From Euglena gracilis (taxonomy: Eukaryota), in NCBI GenBank assembly GCA_039621445.1, contig CP154954.1, forward strand, positions 1,798,001 through 1,862,000: a stretch of 64,000 bases of DNA. The letters run 5' to 3'. Positions 45,601-58,109 of this stretch are shown here, one piece after another. A program made the translations under genes and the position numbers. Every line of letters begins with the position of its first letter. The stretch's first letter is position 1. The notes under the pieces were generated by a model. It was not told where the DNA came from. It ran no database searches and saw only the letters and a program-made list of their open reading frames with translations.

Positions 45601-46380
45601 GGTCATGGTGCAGCTCCTTCGCTCCTGGTGCACATCGTGCACTCATGGGTGGGCATTGGACATCTGGCCACGGGGGAGACATTTCCTTTCTCCTGGTGCA
45701 GCTGCTTCACTCGCTTGGTGCACATCGTGCACTCACGCGTGGGAAACAAAATGATGGCCTCACAGTGGGAAATTCAAGAACCATTTGCATTTTCATGGTG
45801 CACATCGTGCACTCGGTTGGTGCACATCGTGCACTCATGGGTAGGCACTGGAAATCAGGCCAGGGGCATGACGTTTCCTTTCTCCTGGTGCAGCTGGTGC
45901 ACTCGCCTGGTGCACATCGTGCACTCATGGGTAGGCACTGGAAATCTGGCCATGGTGCAGCTCCTTCGCTCCTGGTGCACATCGTGCACTCATGGGTGGG
46001 CATTGGACATCTGGCCACGGGCATGACATTTCCTTTCTCATGGTGCAGCTCCTGCACTCGCCTGGTGCACATCGTGCACTCATGTTGGGGTAATGAAACG
46101 GTGGCCTCACAGTGGGAAATTGAAGAACCATTTGTATTTTCATGGTGCACATCGTGCACTCGCCTGGTGCACATCGTGCACTCATGGGTAGGCACTGGAA
46201 ATCTGGCCATGGTGCAGCTCCTTCGCTCCTGGTGCACATCGTGCACTCATGGGTGGGCATTGGACATCTGGCCACGGGCATGACATTTCCTTTCTCTGGT
46301 GCAGCTCCTGCACTCGCCTGGTGCACATCGTGCACTCACGTGTGGGAAACAAAATGATGGTCTCAACAGTGCACTCAGTG
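42690..46380 (+). repeat. Modular tandem array of the palindromic core GGTGCACATCGTGCACTC joined by about five recurring linker types; ~824 bp higher-order repeat
   Basis: Dozens of cores. Near-identical spurious ORFs start at 43348 and 44172, and at 43742 and 44566 (offset 824). The array decays towards ~46680. Confidence 0.95.
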
Positions 46381-46776
46381 GGACAATGGCCAGGGGGGGG
46401 GGGCAACGCAGAATGCCATCTCCATAATCCTGGGACAACTGATGATCTGTTCGGTGTACGAAGTGCACTCCTGGTCCGGGTGATGGCCACATGGAGGGGG
46501 AACAACCCAGAATGACATGTCCATTATCCTGGGGCAAAGGGTGCACAATGGTGCACTCTTGGTGCACAACGGTGCACTCAGTGGGACGATGGTCACATGT
46601 GGGGACAACGCAGAATGCCGTGTCCATATTCCTGGGACAACCGCTTATCTGTGCGGTGCACGATGTGCACTCCTAATGCGGGTGATGGCCATGGATAAAA
46701 ACGGTGCAACCCCTACGCTCCTTTGACGAGATCTTTCTGTGGCACATCTTCACTCTGAAAAACCAGATGACTTGTG

Positions 46777-47800
46777 TCACTCAGTTGTTTTTCTCCTCTT
46801 GCTTTGCCGAGCAAGTAGTGGTTCCGGAGGAACTTGTGTAAGGACATCGTAATGTGGTGGATTTCGTTGATAAATCACCGAAAGGATTGGCCCTGCATTC
46901 CCGTATTGTGTGCACAGTCGCCAATGTTCAGCTGCCTCCAAAAATACGTTAATCCTAATGCCGAGCATGTGACATATCAAGACTATCTCGGGCTCTTCAG
47001 CCCAATGGTTGTGGTTTAATAGGGACGTGAGATACTGCTCACGGTGGTGACCAATCCCCATTAGAACATCCCCAACAGGAATGTCAAATCCTGGCACTGT
47101 GGAATTCCATTGGGCCGCAATGAAAGTAGCAAGTCTTTGGCGTAATTGTATTGCATCCCTGGGCTCATTTGAACCCAGAACGCAATAAAAAAAGCAAGAA
47201 CCATCCCCTTTTGCTTTCCAAATTTTCGCAGCCGTCTTTGGAATGCAATCTGATACAGTCATCAACTCAGAACAATCCATGGAAGCATCCATTTGCTCCC
47301 TGGTGCTTTGACGGACGGCATCCATTTGCTCCCTTGTATTTTGATCTCGTAGCGTGTTTTGAACATTTAGTTCCACAACAGCGCTCGCGTCAACATGATC
47401 GGATTCGGTCACTCGAGCATCTATATTGGCGGGATGGTTTGAACTTTTGCAATGTGGTTCATGCAGTTTCCGATGTGCATCCTTCTTCCATGTGCGCCCA
47501 CATCCCATGCGGCACGCATATAAAGCAGAATGTTGTGTTATTGTTGCACAACTTTTCTCGTGATCGTTCCGTGCAGTGTTTGAAGGGTACCTCTGTCCGC
47601 ATCCTTTTCTACACTGAAATTTCAAAACATTTTCCCCACCAGGCTTCAAAACTTTGTCTGCTCCCTTCCCATCATATGATATCCCCACCTGCAGATACAA
47701 GTTTTGCAAATGCTTGAAAGTGAGTGGCATGGACTTGTGCTGGCACATATAATTCACCAGCTGCGCACGGGGAAGTAAGGGAACGTAATCTTCGCACAAT
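46777..47800 (-). CDS. Zinc finger (2x C2HC-like) plus OTU cysteine protease; separate ORF or frameshifted C-terminus of Rep/Hel
   Basis: CRKGCGQRYPSNTARNDHEKSC, CRMGCGRTWKKDAHRKLHEPHC; OTU motifs KGDGSCFFYCV, WAEEPEI, PHYDVL; basic tail KRRK. Confidence 0.85.
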
Positions 47801-50800
47801 ACTGTAAAGGTCATCATTACTCCTGAGTTGAATGAGGCGTATGTCCTCTGTGCGTCTGACCCGACTGATACCAACATAGAACGCATTATATGATAGAGTG
47901 GGAGTGATCGGATGGTCCACACACAAAATAATTTTGTCCAATGTTCGACATTGGACACCATGAAAAGTTGTTCCAAACAACAAATTAAAAGGATGTGCCA
48001 TCACTGTCACAATCCCCCTTTTTTTGGACGAAAAATGTATGTAACGCGCGATGTTAACCTCCCGTGGGATGGAAAACAAAGGAATAATTCTTCCACCCTC
48101 CTCTGTGGTGCCGAGAGCAGCATTGTCGGCGATATCCCCTTGAACAATAACATTTATCACCCAAGGGGGGTATTCCAACGTTACAATTTCCCCAGGGCGT
48201 GCACGGAAAATTCTTTCCAACGTCTCCATTGGCTCACTTTCATTGAGCACAATGGAATGGACGGAAGCCCTTGTTCCATTTGACAACCCACGCTCCGGGC
48301 GTATGTTGTATGTCAAAGTGATAGGGCATCCTTGCACAACATGTGCCCACAAGTCCTTCACTTTGGCATACATAACATTTTGAACACCCTCACCAATGCA
48401 CGCGGCAAACTCATTTTTCAATGGCAACTTCCATTTTATTATGGGTTTTCTCGTGCTTTCGGCAAATAAACGAACCATGACTTCATTCACCATATGTACA
48501 CATTTTCGGTCTGTGGATACAATGAGTGCATTTGACCACGACCTGTCCCTATGAAAATCGGAAGGTGATATCATTCTCAACGACGACAGAAATTTGTCTC
48601 GTGCGAGTAGCCCTGGAAGAGAGAAATTTCGGTAAGCTGCCACTGCAGCCATGTGCTCGGGATCCTGAGCCCTATGTTGGGTATTGAGGCTGATCACTTT
48701 GAAGGATTGAAACAATGCATATCCTTCTAATGCATCTATCATTGCTACAGATTGTGTTTTAGGTTTGATGTATAGGTCTCCCCCACCAACTGGGGGGATT
48801 TGAACAAAGTCACCCATCAGAACGACACACATTCCCCCAAAGGGTTCACCGTTGTTGTCGCACACTTTGCGCATGCGTTTGTCAATGTCGCGCAACATTT
48901 TGCAAGTCAACATGGACATTTCGTCGATGAGAAGCACTTTGCAACCTGAAAATTGTGATCGTAAACGATACAATTTTTCCCTTCCTCCATCCTGGACAGT
49001 GTCATTGGCACCGTCGTCTCCATATACACTCAACCCCACCCCATGGTGACACACGTCGACCCACGATGCAGATTGCATGCAGCAACCCCAGAAGGGGCCA
49101 TAAAACGCAAAATGTTTGTCCCAAATGCTGTGGACAGTCGGTTATGCAATTCCCTTGCCATTGTGCTTTTTCCTGTTCCGGGTCCCGCATGTACGACGAC
49201 ACGAGGTGCAGTCGGTTTGCATGATGGATCTGCAATCAAAACGAATTGTACATACTCCGAAATCATTTTTATAAATTTTCTTGTTCCTCAGTCAAAACCA
49301 CGCTGCTCTGCACGCACAATCGTACCGTGGCTGGGTTTGTTCCCACCCCGGAGGCAAGTTGTAGGGGCTGAAAATCATCGCTTTTCAACGCTGCGTACGT
49401 CTTATTCAATGTCTCCGATAAAGGAGCCTTGACATCAAATGGGTTTGCACTATTAATATGCATTGCAAAGCACTCGTTGACATTTGGAGACATTGTCTGC
49501 TGCCCGTTTTCCTCCAAATGCCTGGAGAAAATTTTCAACAGTACGTTCACCAAATTTGGTTCCGCCTGCTCGCATTCTTTCAAACCATCGCTGCTGTACT
49601 TCTGCATGAAGATTGTGAAGGGTGTCGTGAAAATGCTGAATTTTCACGGAATGCCTGATTTCTTGCACGGCACTTCTTTCTGCCACAGCATTGAAACCTA
49701 TGTCGAGTGGGTGTGGCATGCCCCATTTCTTTTGGTTTCTGTTTCTGATAATGGCTGAAAGAATGGAATTTTTTTGTGCAACGGATGTTAGGTTTTTCAA
49801 CCTTTGAACATACGCAAAGCGCGCACGATCTAAATATCGTGCATCTTTTTTGCCTGCACACTCCTCCCATTGGCAAAAATCATCCCATGCTATTTTGGGT
49901 GGATTTTCAAAACTCCACGGAACTATGAAAGTCATCACGTATTGTGCCCAAATGTTTTGGACGCGCGATGGTCCATCCCCTCCTGGCCACTTGGGCAACT
50001 TTTTCCCCGACAAAACTGGGCATCGGAATTGATTCCCCATTTTTTGTACCCATGTTCCAGCCAACAAATGCATATCGTGCAAGTGAAAAGTTGTTCCTCT
50101 TGGACAACCTTCGGGTGGTTCACCATCGACGCTTTCATCATTGGCAGCACTTTGCAACGAAAAATGGGCAGCGTACTCCAGTGCACTTATGCTTTCCAAT
50201 TCACCTCCCCGTAAAGCATAATTGTATGCTGCAGGGATACCAACGATGATTGATTTTCCTTCATGCACAACGGAAACCAGTTCCGTTGCACCTCCCTCTT
50301 CCACAAAAGGGTCATCCAAATTGTCAATCCGACGCGAATGCATTAAGGTAGTAGTTGCATCCAACGTTCTCCTGTCCTTCCCCTTTCCCTTTTGTCCAGC
50401 CAAATGTTGTTGCCCAACTTTTCGTTGTAAACACTCATTTGCTAGATCGTCGTTGGACTCTCCGTCGCCATGCCCGATCTCCGATTCCTCCTGTTCATCC
50501 TCATTGTCATCCTCATCATCGTCATTGCCAATCCTGATTTCCTCGTCAGAATCATCTTCGTCATCACTTTGGCCATGTCCATCAACATCACATGGAAATC
50601 CCCCCTCTCCCCCTAAGTCTGCAGTGCAACAGACTGCTTCCTTATCCTTTGAACTCGTTTTTGAACACGAAATTTCGTTTTCATTTGACTTTCTGTCCCC
50701 TATTTCTGCCATAGCAGGGAAAAGAGCGGGCAAACTAGAGATGTAATGCCAAGGATTCACAATGACAAATTTATGGGATGCATGCCACGATGGATAACCT

Positions 50801-53800
50801 AATACTGCCGTGGCTGCCATTTGCGCTCCCACCTCAACCTTCCGATCCATGGCATTAACAACGCGTTTCAAAAGGAGAGCATAATCTTCCTTCTCTTGCA
50901 TTTTGTGTCCAAGCCGTTCCTCAACTTCACCCAGGACATGACGCAAGACCGATAAAACCCCACCCAATTTCACAGGGTTTTTTGTGCAATATCCAACGAC
51001 ATAATTTGCCAATGCCAGCACCCCCACCTCCCCTCCTAGAATTTGCGCATTTGAGTTGCAGGCCAGCACAAAAGATACAAGTTTGCTGCAATCGACGACG
51101 CGACCATCACATTTGTGTGGTCGCTTGGTTTCCCATACCACTAAGTGGCTATCAACTGTGGGATCCTGTGCAATAGTTGCCATGTGTTCCAATGGAATCT
51201 CCTGTAAATCATGCCCACCTGTTTCCATTTTACGTGCAACAAAAAGGTGGGGCCGTGTTTCGCCTAAGTGGGACCCGCATGCACGAGGCATGCCAAAACG
51301 GCAGCCAAACCGTCCGGCAGGTGGTTTGCCGCAGCTCGGTATGAAACAGCGGTGTATTTGCAGGGCCCCCATGACTTCCTCCGCAAATTCCATGATGGAC
51401 GCATATGCTTGTTCAACATTTTCAGGCAATGGAGGCCTTCGTCCTTTTTCTTCCAACATTCTGGGTGCTGGACAATGCTCTCTTTGCCTTTCCTCCCATT
51501 TTTCATGCACATCATTGGAGAGACTAGTGCAAACTTGGGAATCTAGAGCTCTTGCCGCGACCTTTATTGCTTCTTTATCGTGAACAATCGCATCCAGTAT
51601 GTGTGGTGGAATTCCCCCCCAGAACACCCCGTGCCCATGCAATGAACCTCGGGATTGAGCCTCGGTGCAAATGACTGCAGCTATTGGTGTCCCATGCATG
51701 CCAACTTTTCTGGACACATAGGTTCGTGTTTTCGGGTAGTCTGTGCATCTGGCACCCCTAATAACACTTTCATGAAGGCAAGCACTTGCCTCTCAAATAT
51801 CCGAGCGGCAGCCACGGGGTTGTTCGATATTGCGGAAAATTTTGCCGACGTTTCCGGCATTTCGAGTGACAGTTTTACCTTTCCCAAACATAAGGCGAGT
51901 GTCAACACATTATCCACCTCATTTGGTGCAAATGTGAAGAAAACGGATGGCATCCCGAACCACGCAAGCATTGCCTGCATTTTCCCCAGAGTGGCATATC
52001 TTTCGGAAGACCCAAATGGCACAATACTGTGACAAGTGCGGATGATGGGCAAAAACTCCATCAACAGTTTGGTAGCCAACAAACCCGTTGGATTCTTGAT
52101 TGCCTCTTCCAAGCGTTCTGTAAAATCAACGCTATTCACTGCATTTTCAAAACGACTTAAAAATGAAGGAGTCGCTTTGAGGCGACGACCTATGCTCCGG
52201 AGAGCCATGTGTCTTAACTTTTGATTGAAAATGAGAAGCACAAAATCCCGGCTCTCGGCAAACCTGTGGTCATGTTGATACAAAAGATGACGCACTGTCT
52301 CGGTATTCAACCCACTGTTTCTTTCAATCCCTTGATATGTCATGAACAAAGTTGGAAATGATCCCATCAGCAGATGGGCATTACGTGTGAACTCATTGAC
52401 AGGGGTTTCATCCCGATGAACAAACGTCGTTGCACGATTTTTACAAATGTCCTGAATGGATTGGACCAATACTGGGAGGTCATTACTTGCACAACCCACG
52501 ATGGTGCCATCCGCAACCAAAACCGCATCATCGATGCCATTTGTTTCTGCTTCATTGGAAGGGTTTGCAATATCCGCGGTCATGCGGGCATCACATACTA
52601 TTGCCTCACTTTCTTCCACAATTTCAACCCTTTCAAAAATAGTGGAAGAGAAAGCATGCACCTCAGAGGGTTCCTGTTGCAAAATTTCAATGGTTGCGTA
52701 CAATGGGTTAACGTGCTTCAGCACGACAAGCCATTGCATCAACTTTTCCCAATTGACCGTGAAAATTCGTTCGATTTTGGCCCTGCAGCGTTCAGTTGCC
52801 ATTACTTGATCCCATTGGGACTTTGTCCCCACAAATAAAACTTTGGTTTCTTTCAACCGAGCGACATTTGGAAGGGCCAAAATGGTTTGTTCCAACCCTT
52901 CATGGGGAAAAGAGATTGTGTGTCCCTTAATACCCCACCCCACACCATGACCACCCCCTATGGCCACCAGTTTAACTATTGTGATGCAGGTCCTGACAGG
53001 GGCAATGAGGCGTTCCTCCAGCGCTGTCAATTCAGGCAACCCTGACCTATTCCCAAAATGTTTTCCACTGGCAACAGATCGTGGTGGTCGAATTGGGCTT
53101 GGCCCAATTAGTGATTTCTGGCAGTGTTTGCAAACAGTCACATCTCCGGCTTTAGGGACACCATGCAACCAATACAAATTCACCCCATGCTGTACAATGC
53201 AAAGATGGCAATGGTACTGGGGAGGAATTTTGGCCAACCACTCTTGTTCGACCTCATTCAATTGCAGCACGTGCAAAGAATGCAGTGAAACAGGTTTCAC
53301 CTCAATGAAGTCTTCGACACCACACACTTGACAAATGTTTATGTTGTCAAGGATGCCAACACTTTCTTCCCATTCTTTCGCCATGAAAACAACCCTTTGC
53401 GGTGTTAGTTCTTCATTCTCCAACTTTTGCAAAACTTCATCCCTCTGGGTACTTGGAAATAGACATGGGCTTGCAGGCCACACATCCCACCCAGTTGAAT
53501 CCCACCATCCCCGTATGACCGCTGGTAACGATTTCCATCCACCCAGCGATCGAAATTCTGTTTCATTTGGGGGCTCGACACTCAGCAATTGTGCCAGTTG
53601 TTCATCACGCAATTTCAACGGGGGGCAATTTAACTGCGATGAAGCATGTAACTGTTCCCACACAAAGCTTCTCTGACCTCCGAATGTTGCTCCCAAAACC
53701 CCGTATGTTGCACTCTGTGCACCGTGCTCGGCACCTTCAATGGCATGCTCCATACCCTCCACCCCACTGCACCTGCCCTCCACGCCACGTGCAGCACTTT

Positions 53801-55004
53801 GTGCACCATGTTCTGCGCCTCGCATACCTCCCACGGCACCTTCGGCGGCATGCACGACACCCCCCACCCCACTGCACCCCCCCTCCACGCCACGTGCGGC
53901 ACCTTGTGCACCATGTTCTGCGCCTCGCATTCCACCGGCGGCACCTTCAATGGCATTTACCATACCCTGCACCCCACTGCACCCCCCCTCCACGCCACGT
54001 GCGGCACTTTGTGCACCATGTTCTGCACCTTGCAGTCCTCCCACGGCACCTTCAACAGCATGCACCATACCCTGAACCCCATAGGTGCCTGTGTCCATGC
54101 TCTCCTCATAGAACAAGCGCCTTCGGGACAAACTCCGAGTTGGTGCCTTGGCACAACCTAGAACGTGGCGCCGCATGTGTTGCACTCTTGAAAATTCTTC
54201 CTTGCAATAAGCGCACACGCGTGACGGGGTTCTTGGGACAGCAGAGTTACACCTTTCAAAATGGCGGTTAAAATTATTTCGATCACCAAATTGATCATTG
54301 CACTTGCTGCATGTGAATAATTTAGGACTGTGAACATTGGACGTGTCCGTGGAATGGTGGTCACGCATATGCCTTAGCAAATGCTGATTTGATGAAAATG
54401 TTTTTTCACATTGTGGACATTGTGGTCTATCACTCTCAATAGCTTGCACAACACATTCCCCACGAGGCGTGTCTTGGGCCAGCATAGTATCACCATCCCT
54501 TTCGGTGCTACCCGCGTGCACATTTCGAATATGCCGTAACAAATTTGGGCGTGTTGAAAACGTTTTCTTGCAGTACTTGCATTCCTGCCCTCTACAAATG
54601 CTTTCTTGCATTAAATTAGAACCACCAAGGCCAAATGCAATGCCTTCTTGCGATGAACTGTCACATTTTTGCACACGACTGTTAACACTATGAACACGTG
54701 TTTCATTGGTTGCATCCCAAGAGCCAAAAGAACTTTCATTTCGCATGGCCCGTTCCATTTCAATGTCTCCCCAACATTCAAAAGCATCAGGCAGAGGTCT
54801 GTCTTTTGCCAACATTGAGGGGTTGGAACAAGGCGCATTTTGCACACGTTGTTGAAACACTTTCATCAATGCAAACAAAAAACACCCCAAAGCAATGAAA
54901 AGAACGATAACATGCCGCAAAGTTGGCGATGAAACAAACTTTTCTTCCTCGGGATTCATTGAATGCATGAAAGAAACCAAAAAAAAGTTTGGAAAAACCT
55001 GCAC
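47672..55004 (-). CDS. Helitron-family Rep/Helicase: C2H2 zinc fingers, 35-aa repeats, Helitron N-terminal region, HUH Rep and Pif1 helicase; split by about four frameshifts (~51710, ~49600, ~49275, ~49050)
   Basis: HDHRFAESRDFVLLIFNQ; FGMPSVFFTFAP; NPVAAARIF; EAQSRGSLHGHGVFW; QIHRC...CRFGMP; YVVGYCTK; LTEEQ; AGPGTGKS; APSGVAA; LLIDEMSM; FGGMCVVLMGDFVQIPPV; GLSNGT; FYVGISRVR. Confidence 0.93.
53700..54080 (-). repeat. In-frame 105-bp (35-aa) coding tandem repeat, about 3.5 copies
   Basis: GAEHGAQSAARGVEGGCSGVQGMVNAIEGAAGGMR-like units; CCTCCACGCCACGTGC at ~53777, 53882 and 53987. Confidence 0.9.
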
Positions 55005-55056
55005 AGAGAAGAGAAGAGAGCAATAAGGGATTCAATGTCTTTTCGCGCCTTTATGA

Positions 55057-55445
55057 AATACACAAGCCTATATCCTCAATTCAAAATGCATCAGCCTAAA
55101 TCCCCAAAAGGAAAGCCAGCCCCTAATTGGAAATCGACCGTCTCCTAATTGATTGACATAACCCCCGTATTAGACAGTCCCCTCCCCCTAATTGCAACAC
55201 CACCGTTAACGCACAGTACCCCCTCCTAATTTGACAAACCTTTCACCAAATACACAAGCCTGTATCCTCAATTCAAAATGCATCAGCCTAAATCCCCCAA
55301 CGGAAAGCCACCCCTAATTGGAATTCCACTGTCTCCTAATTGATTGACATAACCCCCGTATTTGACATTCCCCCCCCCCTAATTGCAACACCACGCTCAA
55401 TGCACAGTGGCCCCTCGTAATTTGGCAACCTCCCCCCCCAATTGA
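55057..55445 (+). repeat. ~190-bp direct repeat (2 copies) just upstream of the Rep/Hel ORF
   Basis: AAATACACAAGCCT.TATCCTCAATTCAAAATGCATCAGCCTAAATCCCC at ~55057 and ~55248. Confidence 0.9.
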
Positions 55446-58109
55446 GAAGTGGAGACCAGAAGAGTGGTGATGAAACATGGTTTTAGGCCGAACAAAAACC
55501 CAAAAAAAATTTGATTTGTACTTTCTGACCGAAAAATGACTCGAAACTTTTCGGTTTCCGGCCCAGAACGAGGGGCTAGCAAATCAAAAAAAAAAACACT
55601 CATCGGCCCATAAACACTTTTGCCGGGGGAGGGAGGACCAAAAAACATGCATTTGTGAAAAAACATTTATTTTCGGCTCCAAAACAGTGTTTCCGGGAGG
55701 GCAAAAAAAACACGAATTCGGGCCAAAAAAAATCTCCAATTTTTTCGATTTTTTGACCCAGTTTTGAGCCGAAGTAAATGCGTTGGCGGCCTGAAACGGG
55801 ATCTTTGACCCTGGAACTTTGACCCTTGAAAAAGACAGAATTGACCATACAATGCCGTGAATACCGTGCAGCCCATGAAATATCATGCTTTGGTCTAAGT
55901 GCAATGGGTCACAAATGACAACACCCTACATTGACAAATGTTTCTTTTCCTCCTGGTGCGGGGCTAAATCAAGGGTTGGCATGCCTAACGGGGTCTCTTG
56001 AAGAACAGGGTGTGGTTGAGGTGCGCTTTGCCAAATACTGTATGACCTTCAAGAGGATTGTAAAAAATCTGGGTGTAAACCACCGTTCTCCTTCGCTTTG
56101 TATCAAAATTCAGCTGTGTTCCATCATATTATGTCCTAAAACGCCACCACAATGACGTTATTCCTGATGAAAACCTTTTGAAAAATATGCTTAAAGTAAC
56201 TGAGAATCAAATTGTTTGTTGCTATTGCCAAAAAGGTAATTCATATCACCCCTCCAACCACATGCATGAACGGGCCACATGGGTCACATTCGTGACAATT
56301 TGCGCGAAATTTGCGAAAAGTATTTGCTTATACAACCGCACCTCACATACCACTTTTTCCTTGCAGTCGGGTACGTTTGGGGGATCACCCCCCACGTTGT
56401 TATCCTTGGAAATTCTGTTGGGAGCTTTGTCAAGAAACAGTGACGATGATGGCGACGGTGATGATGAAAACGATGAAAGGAAAAGAAAATATTTCACATA
56501 CATCCAAAGAAGCATGTTCAAAACATCGTGGTGTGAGATTTATACGCAATCCATGCCGAATTTGATCCTGCATGCAACATGAGTGCTGATGGTGGTGGTA
56601 TCATTTGGCAGTGTGCTCGTCGATCATATCACACTCGCGGCAGTGAATACGGCCCAAAATCAGCAAACAACGCCCGTGTTTGCGATGAAGCGGGGGGGGG
56701 GGAGGGGTCGCCATGGGGTGCGGGACGAATTCAAAACAGATAGGTGTTCGTAGTAGGGGTTTTCTTAAGCCGTAGCGTACTCAATCGTGGTGGGGGTCTA
56801 GTCATGCAACAGCTCAAAGCAAACCACCAACTGAAAGTGGGGCTGGGAGCCCACGGCCCCCCTCCGGGGGGATCGAGTGACATACACTTGGGTCATGTCT
56901 AGCTGGCAAATTGGGCTGCGCAGTTCACGTATCCCTTCATTTTTCCCCTCATTACAGCTTCCTCCTTCACAGCCCCCCCAGCATTGACCCAGCTCCATGC
57001 ATCACAGTGTCGAAAATTAAAAAAAATGTTGGACAATGCTCGTTTTCATCAGTTTTTGTGGGTCCGGGAGGCCAAAAAACATCGTTTTGGGCAAAAAAAT
57101 TTTTTCGAATTTTTTCAACTTTTTTGACCGGTTCTGACCCTGAGCTCTTTGGGAGACCACCCCAGTCCGGCCCGGCGGCCCGGCCCGGTCCGGCCGGCGG
57201 CCCGGCGGCCCCGGCCGGCGGCCCGGCGGCCCGGCGGCCCGGCCCGGCCGGCGGCGCGGCGGCCCGGCGGCCCGGCCCGGCCGGCGGCGCGGCGGCCCGG
57301 CGGCCCGGCGGCCCATTTTGGGCTCAAAAACAGTTGTTCTGGGTCCGGGACGCAAAAAAAACATCGTTTTGGGGCAGAAAAAAGTTTTCGATTGTTCTCG
57401 ACTTTTTTGACCCGGTTTTGACTCAAAATCAATGGGTTGGCGGCCCAAAACGGCGCGCCGGCGGGTCGAAAAACGTTCATTTTTGGCTCGAAAACACTTT
57501 TTTTGGGTCCGGGAGGTCAAAAATCATGGTTTTGGGCAAAAAAATTTTTTCGATTTTTTCGAATTTTTCGAACAGATTTTGATCCAAAGTATATGGCTCG
57601 GCTGCACAAAATGGGGAGTTGGAGGGTCGAAAAACGCTCGTTTTAGGCAAAAAAACAGTTTTTCCGGGTCCGGGAGGCCAAACAACATCGTTTCGGGCAA
57701 AAAAAATTTTTCGATTTTTTTCGACTTTTTTGACCCGGTTTTGACCCAAAGTCAATGGGTCGGCGGCCCAAAACGGGGCGCCGGCGGGTCGAAAAACGTT
57801 CATTTTTGGCTCGAAAACACTTTTTTTGGGTCCGGGAGGTCAAAAATCATGGTTTTGGGCAAAAAAAAAATTTCCGATTTTTTTTGACTTTTTGACCCCA
57901 AAATGGCTAAGTCCACCGGCCAGGGGGGGGGGCATCCTGGGGGGGGGAGGGGGGGGGGTCCGGGTCGGAAAAATTTTTTTTCGCTCTAAAAACCTTTTTT
58001 TGATGTTCTGAAATGAAAAAAAGTGTTTTTTTTTTAAATAATTTTTTCAAAATTTTGGGTCCCGACCTGCCACCCGACCCCCCCTCGCCCAGCCGCCCTG
58101 AAGGCGCGC

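Noticed and set aside
42690-46380. CRISPR-like array (constant palindromic repeat plus spacers)
   Set aside because: Linkers are a handful of recurring sequences of very unequal length (4 to ~70 nt), not unique spacers; no cas genes; eukaryotic context
42658-46726. Many Cys/His-rich ORFs (HECTMCT, VHIVHS)
   Set aside because: They appear in all frames on both strands as by-products of the GTGCAC repeat
47151-54898. Plus-strand ORFs overlapping the Rep/Hel locus (e.g. 50222-50746, 51056-51583, 53567-54271)
   Set aside because: Antisense shadows of the minus-strand coding sequence with no recognisable motifs
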